Under the pieces are notes generated by a model. The model ran no database searches. It was not told the origin of the DNA and was given only the letters and a program-made list of their open reading frames with translations. The position numbers were made by a program, and so were the translations under genes. A DNA stretch of 64,000 nt, taken from the NCBI RefSeq assembly GCF_963506605.1, contig NC_083283.1:58652001-58716000 (forward strand), read 5' to 3'. Of the stretch, positions 53,730 through 64,000 are shown in pieces; position 1 is the stretch's first letter; each line of letters starts with the position of its first letter. Source of the DNA: Zootoca vivipara (lineage: Eukaryota).

Positions 53730-54052
53730 CAGGGGTCCCCAAACTAAGGCCCGGGGGCCAGATGCGGCCCAATCACCTCCTAAATCCGGCCCTCGGACGG
53801 TCCAGGAATCAGCATGTTTTTACATGAGTAGAATGTGTCCTTTTATTTAAAATGCATCTCTGGGTTATTTGTGGGGCCTGCCTGGTGTTTTTACATGAGT
53901 AGAATGTGTCCTTTTATTTAAAATGCATCTCTGGGTTATTTGTGGGGCATAGGAATTCGTTCATATATTTTTTCAAAATATAGTCCGCCCCCCCCCCAAG
54001 GTCTGAGGGACAGTGGACCAGCCCCCTGCTGAAAAAAGTTTGCTGACCCCTG
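53730..54052 (+). mobile_element. hAT-Charlie-like MITE (same family as 23830-24150)
   Basis: Perfect TSD TCTTACAG (53722-53729 and 54053-54060); CAGGGGTC...GACCCCTG termini. Confidence 0.9.
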
Positions 54053-55208
54053 TCTTACAGTCTTTACTATACCTATTTTTGTAGAAAGTCAATCTGCATC
54101 AGCACAACATAACTGGATTATAACTTGGAGGAATAGTTTTAGCAGTTATTTATAAAAGAATGGCTATCCCCACCGCACTCCTGCGGAGTGAGTAATGCAC
54201 TTAGCAAACCAAGAAGTCCTCTAAGATTAACAACCCCTAAACCAGCCATATAGAAAACTCAGCTGAAAAGTGGGCCGCTGCCTGTGATAAGAGCTATTGT
54301 TTTCACTTCCTCAATGGCTTTTGGGACACAGTCTTTCAGAGTGGTTAAATCACACAGGAAACATTAGGCTTCAGTTAATTCTGAAACATATAACAGGTTC
54401 TTTGGATAAAAGGTATTGTTTCAGTACTGGTCAAAACATCCGGAAGAAAGAGGTTAAGAGTTCTATGTGAGTGGGGCATGTTAGCAAGCTTAATTTAGAC
54501 AGACAGAGATAGCTATCAGACTTGCTTCAAAAAAGAAAAGAAAGGAAAAGAAAGTATGTCAGTAGTCTCTGTGGGAACACAGCTTCTGAATTGTGTAGAA
54601 TAATAGCAAAAACACCGTAAGCCATCAAAAAATGCAACACCATGTCTTTGAAAATAAGCTTCCTACAGTGACACTTAGGCAAGATTTTTCTCTTCATATT
54701 TCTGCTACAATTTGCACTAGGCTCTCAAATAGTATGAAATTGTACCAGGAGCTGGTACTCAAAGCATGTCCCAATGCTACTAATGTTGCTAGCACCTTGT
54801 TTTCATAAAAGATGATCTAAATTACTAGCGGCCAGTAACTGACATAAAAAGATGAAGCCAGCTTAGCAGGAGAATGCTACTGAAGTGGATTCAATAAACA
54901 GCTCTTATGGGAAGAATTTTGCTTCTATTAAATAAATGTTCTCCTTTTGAGAGGAAAATGCACAGCTACAGTAACCTATCTAGTTGCCCCAAATTATGCT
55001 TAAAGCTAATAAAAAGGTTTAATATCTGCTCTCTTGAAAGTTCAGAAGTAGCTAACAATATTTCTTTTTCTATCCCCCCCCTATATAATTATAAGCACTC
55101 TCTGAGGTAGGGCCCTATTGTAAAATTTCCAGATTGGGAAAAAATCATTTGCTCTGTGGAAAATGTGCAGAGGAATGATCAGAACCTTCTATAGATGATA
55201 GATTATTT

Positions 55209-55506
55209 CAGGGGTCCCCAAACTTACCAGGCTTCGAGCCGGTGCCTGCAGCATTGATTGTGCAGTGGGCCAGAGGGCAGGGAGCACGTGGGAACGCGCA
55301 CTTTGCGCGCATGTGCGTCCTCAGACACAGAAGTACGCCGGAAATGACACTAGCACATGTGCGCAAGCTACTTCTGGCACCTTTTCAGGCCCAGAAGTGG
55401 GCAGCCATACCGCACCACTAAGAGTGGGCGGCGGGGATCGTCGCGGTCCGGATAAAAGAGGCTTTTGGGCCGTATGTGGCCCCTGGGCTGGAGTTTGGGG
55501 ACCCTG
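55209..55506. mobile_element. hAT MITE
   Basis: CAGGGGTCCCCAAACT...AGTTTGGGGACCCTG; perfect TSD GATTATTT (55201-55208 and 55507-55514). Confidence 0.88.
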
Positions 55507-55517
55507 GATTATTTTAA

Positions 55518-55728
55518 AAGGGTCTTCTTGGTAGTGGTGCCCACGCTGTGGAATGCCCTCATAAACAACTATCTGACTTTTAGAAGACATCTGAAGGCAA
55601 TCCTGTTTAGGGAAGTTTTTAATGTTTGATCTTTTATCGTGTTTTTAGTATTGTGTTGGGAGCCGCCCAGATGGGTGAGGAATGAATGAATGAATGAATG
55701 AATGAATGAATGAATGAATGAATGAATA
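55518..55728 (+). mobile_element. L2-type LINE 3' end with (GAAT)n tail
   Basis: cttggtagtggtgcccacgctgtggaatgccctc...tgtttagggaagtttttaatg...cagatgggtgag then (gaat)n. Confidence 0.85.
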
Positions 55729-55950
55729 AAAGGTTGAAGTTATTGGGGAAGGTCAGTTTGTGTGAAGAACCACAGTTACAGGTAAGCTACCTTCCCCCCT
55801 GCCTTTACAAGTTTCAAAGGGTAAAGCCAAACCTATGGACTATGCAACTACATAGTGGTCCCTCGTGACTTATGTCAAAGGACAAACTTATGGCTCACAG
55901 GTTCCTGCAAACTGTGATTTTATTTAGATTTGATGGTATTCCAAGACTTA

Positions 55951-56851
55951 CCGTGTTCCCCCTTTTTAAAGACACCGTCTTATAACTCCCCCCCTCAAAA
56001 AAACACAGGGTGGCTTATTTTCGGTGGGTGTCTTTTTATTATTATTACTGTAAGTGGTTCCAGCAGCACGCAGAGGTTCATCTGGACCTGAGTCTTTTTT
56101 TCTTCTTTTTGGTACCAGGTGAAAACTTTGTATTACCCCAGACTTTTTAGATGTGGTTTTATGACCATGTTACTGCTGTTTTTTTTGTTTTGTTTTTTAA
56201 AAATGTGTTCTCCTTTAAAGTTGGTTTGAATGAGGCTCGGGCGCTCTGCTGGGTGCCAACCCAAGCCTCTGGGAGCCGGCAGGAGGAGGAGGAGGCTTGC
56301 CGGGTCATCACTCAGCAGCGCGCGTGGAGCGCCCCGAGTCTCTGGGAGCGTTGCTGCTGCTGGCTGTTGGCTGCCGGAGGCTCGGGGCGCTCTGTGCGCG
56401 CTGCTGGGTGACGACCTGGCAAGCCTCCTCCTCCTGCCGGCTTCCAGAGGCTTCGGGGCGCTCTGCGCGTGCTGCTGGCTGCCGACCCAAGCCTCCTCCT
56501 CCTGCTGGCTCCCAGAGGCTTGGGTTCACTCCTGAATCTCTGGGAGCGTTGCTGCTGCTGGCTGCCAGAGGCTCGGGGCGCTCTGCGTGCGCTGCTGGGC
56601 GACAACCCGGCAAACCTCCTCCTTCTCTTGCCGGCTCCCAGAGGCTTGGGGCGCTCTGCGCACGCTGCTGGGTGCCGACCTGGCAAGCCTCCTCTTCCTC
56701 CTGCCGCGGCCAGCGTGCTGGGTCCCGCTGGCTGGCTGGGGTGCTCCGTGGAGGTATGGCTTATTTTCGGGGTATGGCTTTTATTTCCTAAATGCTTAAA
56801 ATCCTGCTATGGCTTATATTATGACTGCGTATTAAAATAGGGAAAACACGG
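55951..56851. mobile_element. TcMar non-autonomous element with internal GC-rich repeats
   Basis: TA|CCGTGTTCCCC...GGGAAAACACGG|TA; internal ggcttattttcgg motifs; GC-rich degenerate repeats at 56230-56740. Confidence 0.83.
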
Positions 56852-57346
56852 TATTACTAACTGCTCCATTGTGCTTTCATGGAATCATGATCTTATTATT
56901 CCTAGTATTGTATCTACTCTATTTCCAGCCTGCATCATTCTTTCCTCACCCCTTAAGTTGTGGATCATCTGATGTTTAACAGGCAAGCCATTGTTTGTTT
57001 CTTTATCTCTCAAACACTTGCATTGTTATATGCAATAAAATAATTAAAATTTGGGGGGGGGGGAATGTTACTACTCCCACTAATTATAATTATTCTTTTT
57101 AGGGATTGTGAACATAACCCAAATTTGTGTGTATATTCAATTTAATTCAATCTTTTTGTATTCTTGTATGTAGTTTATATTTATGTCCTTTCCTTAATTT
57201 TTTAAAAGTCCTGTAAATGACAATTCTGGCCCTGAACATTGCTGGATGGAGGAAGAGTGTGATAAAGTTATTACCAGTAACTAAAGAAAGAATTTTGGGA
57301 AAGGGAAATGAAACCTTCACTTACTTATTAGTAGATCAGCCTAAAT

Positions 57347-57509
57347 CAGGCATGTCCAAAGTCCGTTTCGGAGGCCTAATCCGGCCCACAGGTTGATTTA
57401 ATCCGGCCTCTGTGGCAGTATATGTCCTGGGGGCAAAACTTTGGTCAGCCCTCAGGCATGTTCACTTCATCAAATCTGGTCCTCTTTGAAAAAAATTTGG
57501 GCACCCCTG
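57347..57509. mobile_element. hAT MITE
   Basis: CAGGCATGTCCAAA...TTTGGGCACCCCTG; perfect TSD GCCTAAAT (57339-57346 and 57510-57517). Confidence 0.85.
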
Positions 57510-58170
57510 GCCTAAATTATCAACCTTTCATCTTTCTTACATTTTAAATGTTGTGTTTGTACGTGTCCTGCCACATTTTCATATCTCAGCTACCAAAAAC
57601 CAATCTGATTGTCTTGATGTACCTTGGCCCAATCTTGCCTTCCTATTTTAAATAACTCAAGCCTGGAACTATTCCAGGTCACCTGCTACCAGATACTATA
57701 GAAATAATGGCTTACATACACACTTTGAAAAAGAATAGATAGATACTCTTCTAATCTGGTGTTCAGCTCATGAGTCAGTCTTAAGCAATTGCAACTGTGC
57801 AAGATAAATCCATTTCCTCTCTTTCTGAAGCAGTGGCTTCCTGGCAATATAGATGTGACAAGGCTTTTTATTAGACAATAAATTAAGAAAAGTACACATT
57901 GGAGGATAAAAAACCAGTTCAATGAAGTATAAGCAGGCACAACCTTCTAGTCAACCGTCACAAAATTTTCCCAAGTTGCAAGAATAAATTTGTGAAAATA
58001 AACAAGGAAGAAAACAGATGTGGGTTAAATGAAAACCTGTGATAAAGGTAGATGGGGTAAAAGTGTATGTGATATTGCTCAAATTGTTCAGTAGCTGAAA
58101 CTTCTGTGAGCTTGTACCCAAACACCAACTTTTCCTCTTGACATGGATATTGTGCCTTTTACACAGGAAT

Positions 58171-58334
58171 GCTCAGAGATAGCTGAGTTGGTAGAGCATG
58201 GGAGTCATAGAGAGGTAGAGATCTCAGGGTTGTGGGTTCAAGCTCCAAGTTGGGCAAAAGATCCCAATGCATTGCAGGGGGTTGGAATAGATGACCCTTG
58301 TGGTCCCTTCCAACTCTACAATTCTATGATTCTA
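58171..58334 (+). mobile_element. tRNA-Lys-like headed SINE with CR1-type tail
   Basis: tagctgagttggtagagcatgggagtc...atctcagggttgtgggttcaagctccaagttgggc resembles tRNA-Lys(CTT); followed by tgcattgcagggggttgg...ccaactctacaattctatgattct. Confidence 0.78.
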
Positions 58335-59359
58335 TATACCTGTGGCCTTTCTGAAGCTGAACTAAAGCTCCTATCGTGGCTGACCATTGACCATGCTGAC
58401 TGAGGTTTCCAGGAGCTGGAGTCTAATAACAGTTGGAGGGGCACAGGTTCCAGGGTGACAAGCAGAAATGCAGCAAGTGAAATCATTCCCACCATTGAGG
58501 GCATACACTTTTAATCACACAGCTGTTAAAGGCATACAAACCTTGCAACAAAAACAGCTGGCAATTGGAGGCAAGTAAAGTCAACATCAGGGCCTTCCCC
58601 CCGCAGCTAACTGACACTATCTGTCCTGAGAGAAGGAAGAACAGAGCAAGCACAGCAAGCGAAAACAACAGCAGGGCCTGCTCTGATCAGGCTGTCCCTT
58701 CCCCTGGACCAATTTTACATTTTATATCATTTATTTGTTTTAGTAAACTGCCTTGGGAGCATTGCCAATAAAATGCCTTATAAAAATACAACAAATGCAT
58801 AAATAATAGTAATGACTGAAGCAAGCCACATTCCGCATATATTGTTGATGTAATCTTTGCTTGCAAGTTTTCTATTTCCACATATATAGCTCTGTATTTC
58901 CACTGTCTTAACAGTTCTACAACTGCCAGTGGAAAGGGAAGTAGCCATATATTCATAATCAACAGGAAATATATTATATATTATTATGAAGGCTGTTTCA
59001 CACTTTACGCACACCATGGCAGATGCATAAACGGTGTGTCAATGCGCTCAGGAGCTCTAATTTGCCGCAAGTCCCTGACATGTATACAATGGATATTTAT
59101 AGAATTGTGCCTGTCAATCAAACTTTTGTGTGTTTGCTACAGGGTGTACATGAGGGTAGCTGCTGCAAATGTGACTGCCGTGTAAAGTAGCTCAGACAGT
59201 AACACAGCTATTTGGCTCAGTATTGGAAGCTGTGAAGAAAGTTTGTATTGAGATCTCTATCGAAAGCTAATACACTTTAGTCTAGTGCTCAGAGATCAGA
59301 ATGTACATCTCAAATCTTACAACTTTATTGATTATCTGTTTGTTTCTGGACTCAATTTA

Positions 59360-59600
59360 AGTGGTTTTTAAAGTCCTAAATGATCTGGGACAAGGTCATC
59401 TTGCTCCCATAGATACATGCCTGGACTTTGAAATCAGTCTTATAGGCCTTTCTCTTGGTGCCATGATGAGGGCCTTTTCAATGGTGGCACCATGGCTCTG
59501 GCACACTATTCTAACAGTACCGTGCCAGAACACCCTCTCTAACCTCCTTTCAACAAAACTGAAAATTAAAACCTTTTTTGCAGGCTTTCAGTGTTTAATT
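59360..59600 (+). mobile_element. Old L2 ORF2 C-terminal remnant
   Basis: Peptide VFKVLNDLGQGHL...RAFSMVAPWLW. Confidence 0.6.
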
Positions 59601-61427
59601 CTGCTACTGCCTCAATTCTGAGTTTTAGCCTTAATTGTATACAAATAATATGTGTGTTTTTAGCAGCTTATTTTAAATGATTGTTTTGCATTGTATTTTA
59701 TGTGTATCATAAGCTGATCATGGTATGATTATAAAATAATAGGATATAACCAATAATTATATTCAGCAGCATGGTTGAACAATTAAAAAAATAAAATAGT
59801 TCAAAGCATTTTATATTTGTACATTTACTCTGCCAACTCAAACTACGCATTCTCACAAAAATGTATCTCCAAAACGTAGGACATTTGACACCTAACAGCC
59901 TTTCCATGCAAGAGCCACAGCTTGCCTTCTTCTGCAGATGGTGGAACCAGTCAAGGTACCATTATTGCAGCTGCCTTTCTAAGAGTATAGTACTCTCAAG
60001 CCTCAGTTCCCAGTTTCATTACCACACTGTGAATTCTTCAAGGAAGAGTAAAGGACCATTCTGGACTGCAGTCCAATGCAAGTTTAACCAACCTTAATTT
60101 TTAGGCCTACTAAAATCAATTATCTAAAAACATCGAACCTTTCTTGTGACCTCTGCAATTTTCTTTATATGACATGACTGATTAGGAAACCAAGTAGAAA
60201 AGGTGAATATTAATATTTTCTCTTTACTATTCACACACATTAACCTCCATTCCTTCCATTTGGAAAATAGTTAACCCACACCACAATGTTCTGCATATTT
60301 ATTTTGATAACCTGTTTTGTCAATAGCTATTTCTATAGTCATATAGGGCCATAAGAAGCTCACATGTCATCTTGTTGTCAAATGTCTAGTTGAAAATACA
60401 AATACCGGTAGTGCTCAGGCACAATTGACAAAGAATTGTACAATAGAATCATGTGATTTAAACAGGTCCCTTCAATTCAATGAGTCCTGGTATATTAAAC
60501 CTATAGTGAATATGGAATTCACGCCTCTGGATGAAACTTACTTATATCTAGTGTAAACCTGCATCTGTTTTTCTATTTTCCCAATGTTGGTTCTTTTCTC
60601 TCTTTTGACATGGTTTAGAACTTAAGCTAAATCAATACAAATATCAGGGAGAGGAATGGTTATTTACCCTCAAACCATGGGAAATTGTACAGTGAATCAA
60701 GCACAATCTAGTTTGCAGAAAGTACGCCAACAAATGAGGATAGTTTATCAAAGTAAAAAGAAAAACAGATTGGCAGAAGCTGGGAAAAGCAGATGACTAA
60801 GCAACCCCTTTTGTAAACACACTTGCAGCTGTACTTTCAGCCTAATAGGAACTCAAGTTGTTGAGCAACACGTTACCTTGCTCCAAGGTAACTAAGGCTT
60901 TAAAATGAGTATATAAACACACATGACTCACACACAAACCCCAAAATACAAGCACACTAGACGTTTATCTCTTAAAAACAAGAGAGACACCAAGTCTCGT
61001 TCTGGGCTGCTATATAAGAGATCATGGGACTGCCAAACATTTGCTGAGAAACTAAATTAATAGATGTGATGAGTGGCACATTCCTGCTTGACCTTTGCAT
61101 AAACTGCTTTCTAACTCCCCACCCCTCACTCCATCTACAAATTCCCTTTACAAAAAAACAAAAAGGAGAAGGAAAGAAAAGGAGAAGACTTCAACTTATT
61201 TTGGGACACTTGTGTTCCAAGGGCCTACATGCATTCACCACAACATACATAGGCTCCATATACATTATCCCCATCCTTGAAGTAATAAAAGACACAGAAC
61301 CTATTTGGAGTGTACAAGCTTAGGATCTTTTGCAAACAGAATTTTGAATGTGCAGAGACTGAGTGTGGTGAGTGGAAGGGACTGGGAGATACATCCTCAA
61401 CACACCCAGTGGAAGAGACTCTCATGA

Positions 61428-61588
61428 GAGGTGATGGACTCTCCTTCCTCGGAGGTTTTTAAGCAGAGGTTATATGGCCATCTGCCATATATGATCTAGT
61501 TGAAATTCCTGCATCACAGAGGATTGGACTAGATGACCCTCGGGACCCCTTCCAACTCTACAATTCTATGATTGTACAATTCTATGAC
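61428..61588 (+). mobile_element. CR1 LINE 3' end
   Basis: gatggactctccttcctcggaggtttttaagcagagg...ccttccaactctacaattctatgatt. Confidence 0.8.
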
Positions 61589-63208
61589 TTATCTGCAGAG
61601 GGCTATGGGGGAATAGCATTAACTCAAATCAGATTGCTGAAGCTCAGTATGTTGATATGCCATCCAACAACAAAATGTAGCCCAATTAATGATGGGACAG
61701 CAATGGATGAACACCAGATGAACCAAAGGACAGGAAATGTCTTGATACTCTAGAAAACAGGACCATTTGTTTTCAAGCACACAGAAGCCTTGATGTTTTC
61801 AAATGTAAGACTAGATCTACTATTTAGATTGCTATTTTGAATGATTCTAAGAGAGAAAATAAAGAAGCTGACATTTCTAGAATGTCTTCAAAGTCAAACT
61901 TTCCTGTTACAAATGAAGATATGGACAACAGCCAGAAAGATACTTCTAAGAACTGGTAAATGTGCAATACTGGGGATTGCTTAAGCTATGTTTTCGACCT
62001 TTGCTTAAAAGTATAACTAAAAAGAAATTTCTTCTCATTCTTTCTTCCTACTTACTTACTAAGAGCAGAGAAAGAAAGAGCTAGCAATTGGACAAAAAGC
62101 AATGGTACTCCCCTTTAAAAAGAAGACGGAAAATACCTCTCGGGCTTTATAGCTGGAAATGCACTGGGCCTTTGTTCCAAGAGAAAAAGTGACATTACAC
62201 AACACCTTTGAATAAACTACTCTTGGCTTGGCTCAATAAAAATGCAATCTGAAGCAGTTTGAAGCCAATCTGCGACCAACATGGCATAACAATTTGGGCA
62301 CATATTTTGTAAGTCACAGCCAAAAAGAGAAGACTACATTTCTTTAAAATATATGATGTCAGCCACTTAGATTAGAAAAATAATGGGACAGACTGTGATC
62401 TGTGAAACTGTCTTTCCATTCTGTTATTGTTAACTATCTGATACCATGAATATTTGATATACTCCAGCTGGTGCTCTTGCATGCTTCAGGCCTGGCAACA
62501 GATACTTCAACAAGTTATAGTTAGACAGGAACGATGGCGTCTGCATTTAAGATCGTTTAGTTATCCTTAAATAATTCAAAAGCAGGAAATCACAAAACAG
62601 TTTTTACCTCACAGAAATATACCATATCCTAAAATGCATAGTTTTGACATTTCACTGATATCTGTCCTACATCTAAAGTATGTTTTTCAGGTGTCTTTTT
62701 GTTGCAATTAATGCAAAAACTGTACTTTAGAAATGAGTGGGTGGGGAGAGAGAAAACGATGCATATTCACAATCAAGGAAAATATAGGTTTTCAGCTGCC
62801 TAACTGCTCAAGAACCAAATAATTTTGACTAGCTATCCATCCCTACAAGAATTAGCTCCTAAAAACATGCTGCTATTACCAAGCAATTTGAAATATAGAT
62901 TCAGTCTTGCAGCCAACTATCTTATTGGAGCAGTAATAAACTTTGGCTCTCATACTTGGCATTTTCTAACAAATAAGGGAGTAGATTTCTACAGAAAAAT
63001 AGGAGACCCCCCCAAAAACAGGAAATTATGTCTTACCCAAACTCTTTATTAATATTAGAATTCTTACTCCTGTATAATAAAATGTGGTTACAGAAATTAG
63101 CCACTCAAAAGGCAGGGTTCCCCCCCTTTTAATATTATAATGAGAAAGTATTTCTGGTTACAGGATTACAATACCATTTCTATGGTATCAAGGGGTCTGG
63201 TTTGTCAA

Positions 63209-63868
63209 CAGGGTGGATTTGATTTAAATCAAACTGATTTAAATCATGATTTAAATCACGATTTAAATCACTAGTCAGTAAGGCTTGATTTAAATCATAG
63301 TCGATTTAAATCACATGAAAAACTTAAATACTGTCCACTCCAAACAATCAGAAAAATATTGTTTCTATTCTATTCACTGAACTTCTTGAAACTTAGCACT
63401 GAAGGGGTTGTTTCTGTATTCATAGGTTTGTAGAACAATAGGATTAAGGTCTTTTTCTCAACTCTGTTCATGTTATAACATTTTTGCTGTGAAGAAGAGG
63501 CATGTGATCTCTGTTGAGTCAAATTCAGTTTTGAGAACTGCAAAAGTAAACCAAGCATCTGTGATAATATCTTGTAGGCAGAGAATCTGCCCAATAATCT
63601 TACAAAAACCTCTGGAAGAGCATGACATTGTGAATGGATTAATGGCATTTATTTACCCCCAAAAATAAACATATACAACCTTATTCTACATAATTAAAAA
63701 ACTAATCTTTATTTCATGATGGAATAACCTTTGGATGGTAATATATTTTCCTCAAAAAGCATTTTATTTTTAAAAAAATCAGATTTAAATCAAAAAAATC
63801 CGATTTAAATCAAAAAAATCCGATTTTTTTGATTTTTTAAAAAAAATCATTGATTTTTATCCACCCTG
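63209..63868. mobile_element. hAT non-autonomous element with GATTTAAATC subterminal repeats
   Basis: CAGGGTGGAT...ATCCACCCTG TIRs; perfect TSD TTTGTCAA (63201-63208 and 63869-63876). Confidence 0.9.
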
Positions 63869-64000
63869 TTTGTCAAACAACACAACATTCGAAATTACTT
63901 TTATCAATATATTCATAAGAAATTATGTCAGGTGCAGAGTCTGAATGCAGAGTGCTAAAGAAGGTAATCAACAGAAATTATTTTGATGAGAACCAAAAGA

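Noticed and set aside
58171-58256. tRNA-Lys gene (and tRNA-Ile at 46515-46590)
   Set aside because: Degenerate stems (and a disrupted anticodon arm in the Lys-like copy), each fused to a CR1 tail; these are SINE heads, not functional tRNAs.

Overview
Vertebrate genomic DNA, almost certainly a squamate and probably a lacertid lizard (Sauria SINEs, Squam3-like SINEs, squamate-type L2/CR1 LINE ends). It lies inside the CDKAL1 gene (tRNA t6A methylthiotransferase) on the minus strand. Two coding exons are present: 47678-47781 (104 bp, radical-SAM CxxxCxxC motif) and 317-483 (167 bp), joined in phase across a ~47.2 kb intron. The rest is intron packed with mobile elements: many hAT MITEs with 8-bp TSDs, TcMar/Tigger-like elements with TA TSDs, a non-autonomous Helitron, L2 and CR1 fragments, several SINE families and microsatellites. 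The most notable observation is a set of CpG-rich non-autonomous DNA elements carrying cargo. Two hAT elements (37978-39667 and 50176-52722) share near-identical termini but have different interiors, and they form a 118-bp inverted repeat around the catalytic exon. A GC-rich ~70-bp module is shared between a hAT and a TcMar element. A Helitron is filled with a 152-bp double-hairpin tandem repeat. Repeat family names are from recognition, not database searches. The long ORFs in the ORF track are repeat artefacts.
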